Notes under the pieces: generated by a model
Database searches by the model: none
What the model was told of the DNA's origin: nothing
What the model saw: only the letters and a program-made list of their open reading frames with translations
Shown: piece after piece, positions 59,617 to 64,000 of the stretch
Numbering within the stretch: position 1 is the first letter of the stretch
Layout: the number at the start of each line of letters is the position of its first letter
Program-made: the position numbers and the translations under genes
Assembly: GCA_038245295.1 (NCBI GenBank)
Contig: JBBRSP010000028.1
Coordinates: forward strand, 1-64,000
From: Candidatus Binatia bacterium
GTDB taxonomy: Bacteria > Desulfobacterota > Binatia > HRBIN30
Reading direction: 5' to 3'
DNA: 64,000 nt

Positions 59617-60698
59617 GTGAAACACCCGGTATCAACCACGAACAAGTCAGCGCGTTTTTCCGTCGCGAGGTGCCCGGAGCAACCGCTCCTCTTACTTTCT
59701 CGCTGATTAGTGGCGGCCGCTCCAACCTAACGTACATCGTGCGCTGCAACGACCAACAGTGGGTTCTGCGGCGCCCCCCCCTTGGGCACGTGCTGCCGAC
59801 GGCGCACGACATGACGCGCGAGTTCCGTGTTCTATCAGCACTCGCGGATACCGGCGTGCCGGTGCCACGGACACTCGCCCTGTGCAGCGACACCGCGATC
59901 AACGACGCGCCCTTCTATGTGATGGAGTACCGCCCGGGTGTGATCATCGGCGATACACCTCCCGCCAACTACGCCACGACACCCGACGATCGGCGGCGCC
60001 TCAGCGAGGCTCTCGTCGACACACTCGTGCAGCTGCACAATGTCGACTACATCGCGGTAGGGCTCGCCGAGTTCGGGCGTCCGGATGGTTACCTCGAGCG
60101 GCAAGTGCGGCGCTGGGCGCAGCAATGGGAGCGTTCGAAGACCGGCCCCTTGCCGGAGATCGAAGAGTTGAGCCGACGACTCGGCCAAGCTCTGCCCCAG
60201 TCGCCGGCACCAACGATCGTGCATGGCGACTACCGTCTCGGCAACATGGCGCTCGACCCGAATGACCCGGGACACGTCGTCGCCATCTTCGATTGGGAGA
60301 TGGCGACTCTCGGCGATCCGCTCGCCGACCTGGGATACACGCTGATGTATTGGACCGAAGCGACGGACATCCCGCTCGGTACTTCGATTGGCGCCTCGGC
60401 GTTCACGGCGCAACCGGGCTTCTACACGCGTGCCGAGATCATCCGCCGCTATGCCGAACAGTCCGGACGCAACGTCGAGGCGATCGAGTTCTATGTCGTA
60501 CTCGCCTACTACAAGCTCGCGATCATTGCCGAGGGCATCTTCGCCCGCTTCCGCATGGGTAAGACGGTCGGCGAAGGTTTCGACAACATGGCGCGCTCGG
60601 CGCTACCGCTGGCGCGACGGGCGATCGAGATTTGCGAACAGTCGGCCGATCCGCGCCTGCAGCGTGGTAGGCGCAGGCTTCAGCCTGCGGTGAGCTGA
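59613..60698 (+). CDS. APH/ACAD10-11-like phosphotransferase
   Basis: GGRSNLTY, VLRRPP, AHDMTRE, VHGDYRLGN, DWEMATLGDP. Confidence 0.9.
   Translation: MSETPGINHEQVSAFFRREVPGATAPLTFSLISGGRSNLTYIVRCNDQQWVLRRPPLGHVLPTAHDMTREFRVLSALADTGVPVPRTLALCSDTAINDAPFYVMEYRPGVIIGDTPPANYATTPDDRRRLSEALVDTLVQLHNVDYIAVGLAEFGRPDGYLERQVRRWAQQWERSKTGPLPEIEELSRRLGQALPQSPAPTIVHGDYRLGNMALDPNDPGHVVAIFDWEMATLGDPLADLGYTLMYWTEATDIPLGTSIGASAFTAQPGFYTRAEIIRRYAEQSGRNVEAIEFYVVLAYYKLAIIAEGIFARFRMGKTVGEGFDNMARSALPLARRAIEICEQSADPRLQRGRRRLQPAVS
60666..60690 (+). repeat. GTAG-type REP within the 3' end of the phosphotransferase CDS
   Basis: GGTAGGCGCAGGCTTCAGCCTGCGG, identical to 11056-11080. Confidence 0.85.
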
Positions 60699-60789
60699 GC
60701 GCCGGGTGCTTCTCGAATTTACGCCCAAACCCCTCGCCGGCAAAAGCGCTGAGCGCAGCTCGACCCTTGCTCTCGAGGCAGTGCTCGGA

Positions 60790-61674
60790 TCACACCACCG
60801 CATAGAAGCGGTCGCCATCACTCCGCACCTGCTCCGCGCGCTGCAATCGCGCCAGATGCTGCTCGATCGTGCGGCGCTCGGCCGCGTCGATAAACGACAT
60901 CGTGACATGCGGCGGATAGAGGAAGCGATGTGCGACCATTTCCTCGACGGTGTGCGGTTCCGACAGAAATTCCAACATGGCGCGCTCGCGCTCGGCGATC
61001 TTCGCCGTAAACTTCGCCAGCTTCTGATCGAAGACGGCGCGTTCCTCGACGACGCCAACGTGATGAAACGACACCCACACACGCGCCTCAATGTCGGCAA
61101 TCCGTCTCAGCGACACCTCGAAGTCGTCGAGATTCGACCACGCGTCGCCGTAGTACGGGCCAAATCCGGTGAGGTCGATATCCCCCAGAAACAGGACACC
61201 TTCGGGCTCCACCAACAGCGCGCAGTGACCGCGCGTATGACCGGGCAGGTGGAACGCGCGAATCTGCGACCCGCCTAGATCCCACACCGCCCCATCCTCG
61301 TAGGCGCGCGCGTCGGGGCGCGGCACGTAGTGGAAACTGCCTTCGACGAATTGGCGCATCTCGGCACCGATGTTCGGATACCCGTAGATCTGCATCAGGC
61401 CATCGAGGCTGCGCAGACCAAGCACGTCGGCCGCGTGCGCCCACGGTTGCGCGCGCGGGAAGAGATGCACGCCGGCGACATGATCTTCATGCACATGACT
61501 CTGGACGATGAGATCCGCGGCATCGCGGAACTCGTCGGCTCGCGCCACCACCGCGAGCGACGGATCGACGATTGCTGTCGCCGAGGTGCCACGGATCCAC
61601 AGCGAGTTGCCTTGCGGGTACTTGCCATTCTTGTCGCCGACGAGGACACGAACATTGCCGAAGTCTCGATCCAT
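60790..61674 (-). CDS. MBL-fold metallo-hydrolase
   Basis: SHVHEDH, PGHTRGH, GD, SFH. Confidence 0.9.
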   Translation of the reverse strand: MDRDFGNVRVLVGDKNGKYPQGNSLWIRGTSATAIVDPSLAVVARADEFRDAADLIVQSHVHEDHVAGVHLFPRAQPWAHAADVLGLRSLDGLMQIYGYPNIGAEMRQFVEGSFHYVPRPDARAYEDGAVWDLGGSQIRAFHLPGHTRGHCALLVEPEGVLFLGDIDLTGFGPYYGDAWSNLDDFEVSLRRIADIEARVWVSFHHVGVVEERAVFDQKLAKFTAKIAERERAMLEFLSEPHTVEEMVAHRFLYPPHVTMSFIDAAERRTIEQHLARLQRAEQVRSDGDRFYAVV

Positions 61675-61748
61675 GAGGGAGACACTGCCACGAATCATGC
61701 TAGCGCTGGAAGGCTGGCGCAGCTTGCCGTCTCGTCGTCCCGGCGAAG

Positions 61749-61908
61749 GAGACTGTCGATTTACTCGGAAACCATACTTGAAACCGAGCAGACCTATCCG
61801 TCATACCGGCGAAAGCCGGTATCTCGCCAGCTTCCGAAGCTTCCAGCAGGAGGAGATCCCGGTTTTCACCGGGATGACGTTGCTCCACTTTGGTTTTACG
61901 ACAGACTC
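61749..61908. mobile_element. 160-bp MITE inserted in a REP loop with 4-bp TSD
   Basis: CGTCGTCCCGGC GAAG [GAGACTGTCG...CGACAGACTC] GAAG GCCGGGACGACG. Confidence 0.8.
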
Positions 61909-62008
61909 GAAGGCCGGGACGACGACAGTGGTTGTCCAGATTGGCAACAGCCTCTAGAGTCGAGATTCAGACTGATTCCCGCGACGTACAAACTGAGGAG
62001 GACCTGAT

Positions 62009-62602
62009 ATGCTTCGCCCGATTACAGCAGCGACATTGGCTCTGGCCATCAGCCTACCCACCCTGGCCCACGCCAAGAGTTACAAAATCGATCCGGACCA
62101 CACGAGCGTCACCTTCCGCGTCCGCCACCTCTTCACTTCCGTGAAGGGTCGCTTCGACAAATTCGACGGCAAGATCGATTTCGATCCGGCAAAACCGGAT
62201 GCGGCCAAGGTCGAAGGCACCATCGACGTCAGCAGCATCAACACGAATGTCCCCGAGCGCGACAAGCACCTGCGCTCGCCGGACTTTTTCGATGCGGCAA
62301 AGTTTCCCAAGGTCACCTTCGTCAGCACCGGCGTCAGCGGCGTCGACGCCACCAAGAAAGCCGGCAAGCTGCTGGCGAACTTGACCATCCACGGCGTCGA
62401 GAAGCAGGTGACTCTCGAGGTCAGCTTTCTCGGCGAAGTGAAAGATCCATGGGGCAATACCAAGGCCGGGTTTACGGCCCAGACCACCATCAACCGCAAA
62501 GACTTTGGTCTGACCTGGAACCAGGCCCTGGAGACCGGCGGTGCCTTGGTCGGTGACGACGTCATGATTGAAATCGATGCCGAAGGCTCGCCGGTCGAGT
62601 AA
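62009..62602 (+). CDS. YceI family lipid/polyisoprenoid-binding protein
   Basis: IDPDHT, RDKHLRSPDFFD, DPWG, INRKDFG. Confidence 0.93.
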   Translation: MLRPITAATLALAISLPTLAHAKSYKIDPDHTSVTFRVRHLFTSVKGRFDKFDGKIDFDPAKPDAAKVEGTIDVSSINTNVPERDKHLRSPDFFDAAKFPKVTFVSTGVSGVDATKKAGKLLANLTIHGVEKQVTLEVSFLGEVKDPWGNTKAGFTAQTTINRKDFGLTWNQALETGGALVGDDVMIEIDAEGSPVE

Positions 62603-62623
62603 CCGAACCAGACTCATTCTTAC

Positions 62624-63781
62624 GTGCACCACTCGTCCGCCCGCATCGCCATCGGCCTCGCCTCCTTGTCCTTCGGCATGCTGGGAGTGTGCCTCATTCT
62701 GCCTGGTGCCCTGCTGCCGTTGCTGGTCGACCACTTCGGCATGCGGCTCGTGGAGGCCGGTTCGCTCCTGGCGCTGCAACCGATTGGTTACCTCCTCGCC
62801 GTTAGCGCCTCGAGTCGCGTCATCCGCAAGATCGGCTTACAGCCGGCCTTGAGCCTCAGTTTCATTGTTGCGGGTCTCGGATTCCTCGGCTTCGGCTACG
62901 CCGCCAACTTCACCGTAGGCGCCGCGATGATGTTCATCACCGGCGTCGGCATCGGCACGATCGAAGTGGGAACCAACACGCTGTTGATCAATGTCGGCGG
63001 CGAGCGCACCACCTCGTTGCTCAACTTCGCACACGTCTTCTTCGGTCTGGGCTCGATTACGACGCCGGCGGTGGCCACCTGGGCCGTCGCGTCGGGCATG
63101 GACTGGTCGCACGCCTTCTTCGCCACCGGCGCGGCGACCGTGGCAATCGGCGTTCTGTGGTCGCTCATTCCAACTGTGCAGAACCACAACGCGGTGGCAG
63201 CCACCGGCCATGCACACCGCTGGAATTATCTCATGCTGCTGGCGCTCATGTTGGGGGTGTACGTCGGTGTCGAGATGGGTATCGGCAACTGGCTCACCAA
63301 GTTCATGATCGGCGAACGCGGCACATCCCTGACCACCGCGGGAACAGCCCTTTCGTGCTACTGGGGTGGACTAACGGTCGGACGGATCTTCCTGATCTTC
63401 CTCGCCCGCCGCATTCGCGAGGAACCCCTGCTGCTCGGGCTGACGATCTTCTCGACAGTGTCTCTTCTCCTCGCCCTGATTGCCGGCGAAGCGACGTTCA
63501 CGACGGCGGGTTTTGCGCTGACGGGTCTCGGCTTCTCGGGAATCTTCCCTGCCGTCATCGCTCTTGGCGGGCGCGCCCATCCCGATGACTCGGCGGCGGC
63601 GACGAGCGTGCTGATCGCCGGTGCCGGCGTCGGCGGTATCGTCATCCCCTGGATGATGTCGGGCATCTCCGACCTCCTCGGTCTGGCGCAAGGGATGCTC
63701 TTCTTCACCGCCATGAGTGCCGTGATGATTGCTCTCGCCGCCGTCATCGGCCGCGGCGCGCGCCCCGTATCTTCCCTTTGA
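62624..63781 (+). CDS. MFS transporter
   Basis: about 12 hydrophobic segments; LNFAHVFFGLG, YVGVE, GR motif. Confidence 0.88.
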   Translation: MHHSSARIAIGLASLSFGMLGVCLILPGALLPLLVDHFGMRLVEAGSLLALQPIGYLLAVSASSRVIRKIGLQPALSLSFIVAGLGFLGFGYAANFTVGAAMMFITGVGIGTIEVGTNTLLINVGGERTTSLLNFAHVFFGLGSITTPAVATWAVASGMDWSHAFFATGAATVAIGVLWSLIPTVQNHNAVAATGHAHRWNYLMLLALMLGVYVGVEMGIGNWLTKFMIGERGTSLTTAGTALSCYWGGLTVGRIFLIFLARRIREEPLLLGLTIFSTVSLLLALIAGEATFTTAGFALTGLGFSGIFPAVIALGGRAHPDDSAAATSVLIAGAGVGGIVIPWMMSGISDLLGLAQGMLFFTAMSAVMIALAAVIGRGARPVSSL

Positions 63782-63808
63782 CCCACACCAGGGCTAAGAG
63801 CCGCGGCC

Positions 63809-64000
63809 ATGGACCTGTCGTATTCCGCCGACGAAGAACGATTCCGCGCCGAGTTTCGGCTTTGGCTGGAGCAGAATCCACCCGGCCCCGAACCCGAGGC
63901 GATGGATGAATGGGTGCACTTCGGCAAGACGTGGCAGCGCAAGCTGTATGAGGCCGGATGGTGCGGCCTGGCGTGGCCAAAAGCGTATGGCGGACGCGGC
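63809..64000 (+). CDS. acyl-CoA dehydrogenase, N-terminal part (runs off the window)
   Basis: MDLSYSADEERFRAEFRLWL...WQRKLYEAGWCGLAWPKAYGGRG. Confidence 0.85.
   Translation, partial: MDLSYSADEERFRAEFRLWLEQNPPGPEPEAMDEWVHFGKTWQRKLYEAGWCGLAWPKAYGGRG

Noticed and set aside
59613..61674. Antibiotic-resistance genes (APH, beta-lactamase)
   Set aside because: The motifs fit an ACAD10/11-like kinase and a generic MBL hydrolase in a lipid-metabolism context

Overview
GC-rich bacterial chromosome window, mostly housekeeping and metabolic genes. Lineage is inferred, not proven: Deltaproteobacteria-like, resembling Candidatus Binatia (GDC/dockerin-like Cys modules, DUF1329, Pro/Thr linkers). In order it holds: (1) a 0-3 kb repeat-rich, decaying accessory patch with two genes that each appear to carry a 1-nt frameshift; (2) a putative catabolic operon of a BesD-like Fe/2OG hydroxylase, an aspartase-fold lyase with a remodelled amine pocket and an aldehyde dehydrogenase, followed by an S1P-lyase-like PLP enzyme; (3) typA and an L,D-transpeptidase; (4) a split PEP-synthase/RPH-like dikinase with a cNMP-binding protein; (5) a B-family (ba3-type) oxidase operon whose subunit II is fused to cytochrome c, with an unannotated subunit IIa; (6) an A1-type cytochrome c oxidase operon; (7) secreted hydrolases, tRNA-Phe(GAA), nth, rnhA with a C-terminal hybrid-binding domain, a circularly permuted alkaline-phosphatase-family enzyme, a peptide ABC transporter, YceI, an MFS transporter and a truncated acyl-CoA dehydrogenase. 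The best-supported non-coding observation is two short MITEs with related IS1182-like ends. Each is inserted in the loop of a REP palindrome with a target-site duplication, and each carries an inverted REP pair. No CRISPR, rRNA, transposase or integrase was seen. All product calls come from motif recognition, with no database search.
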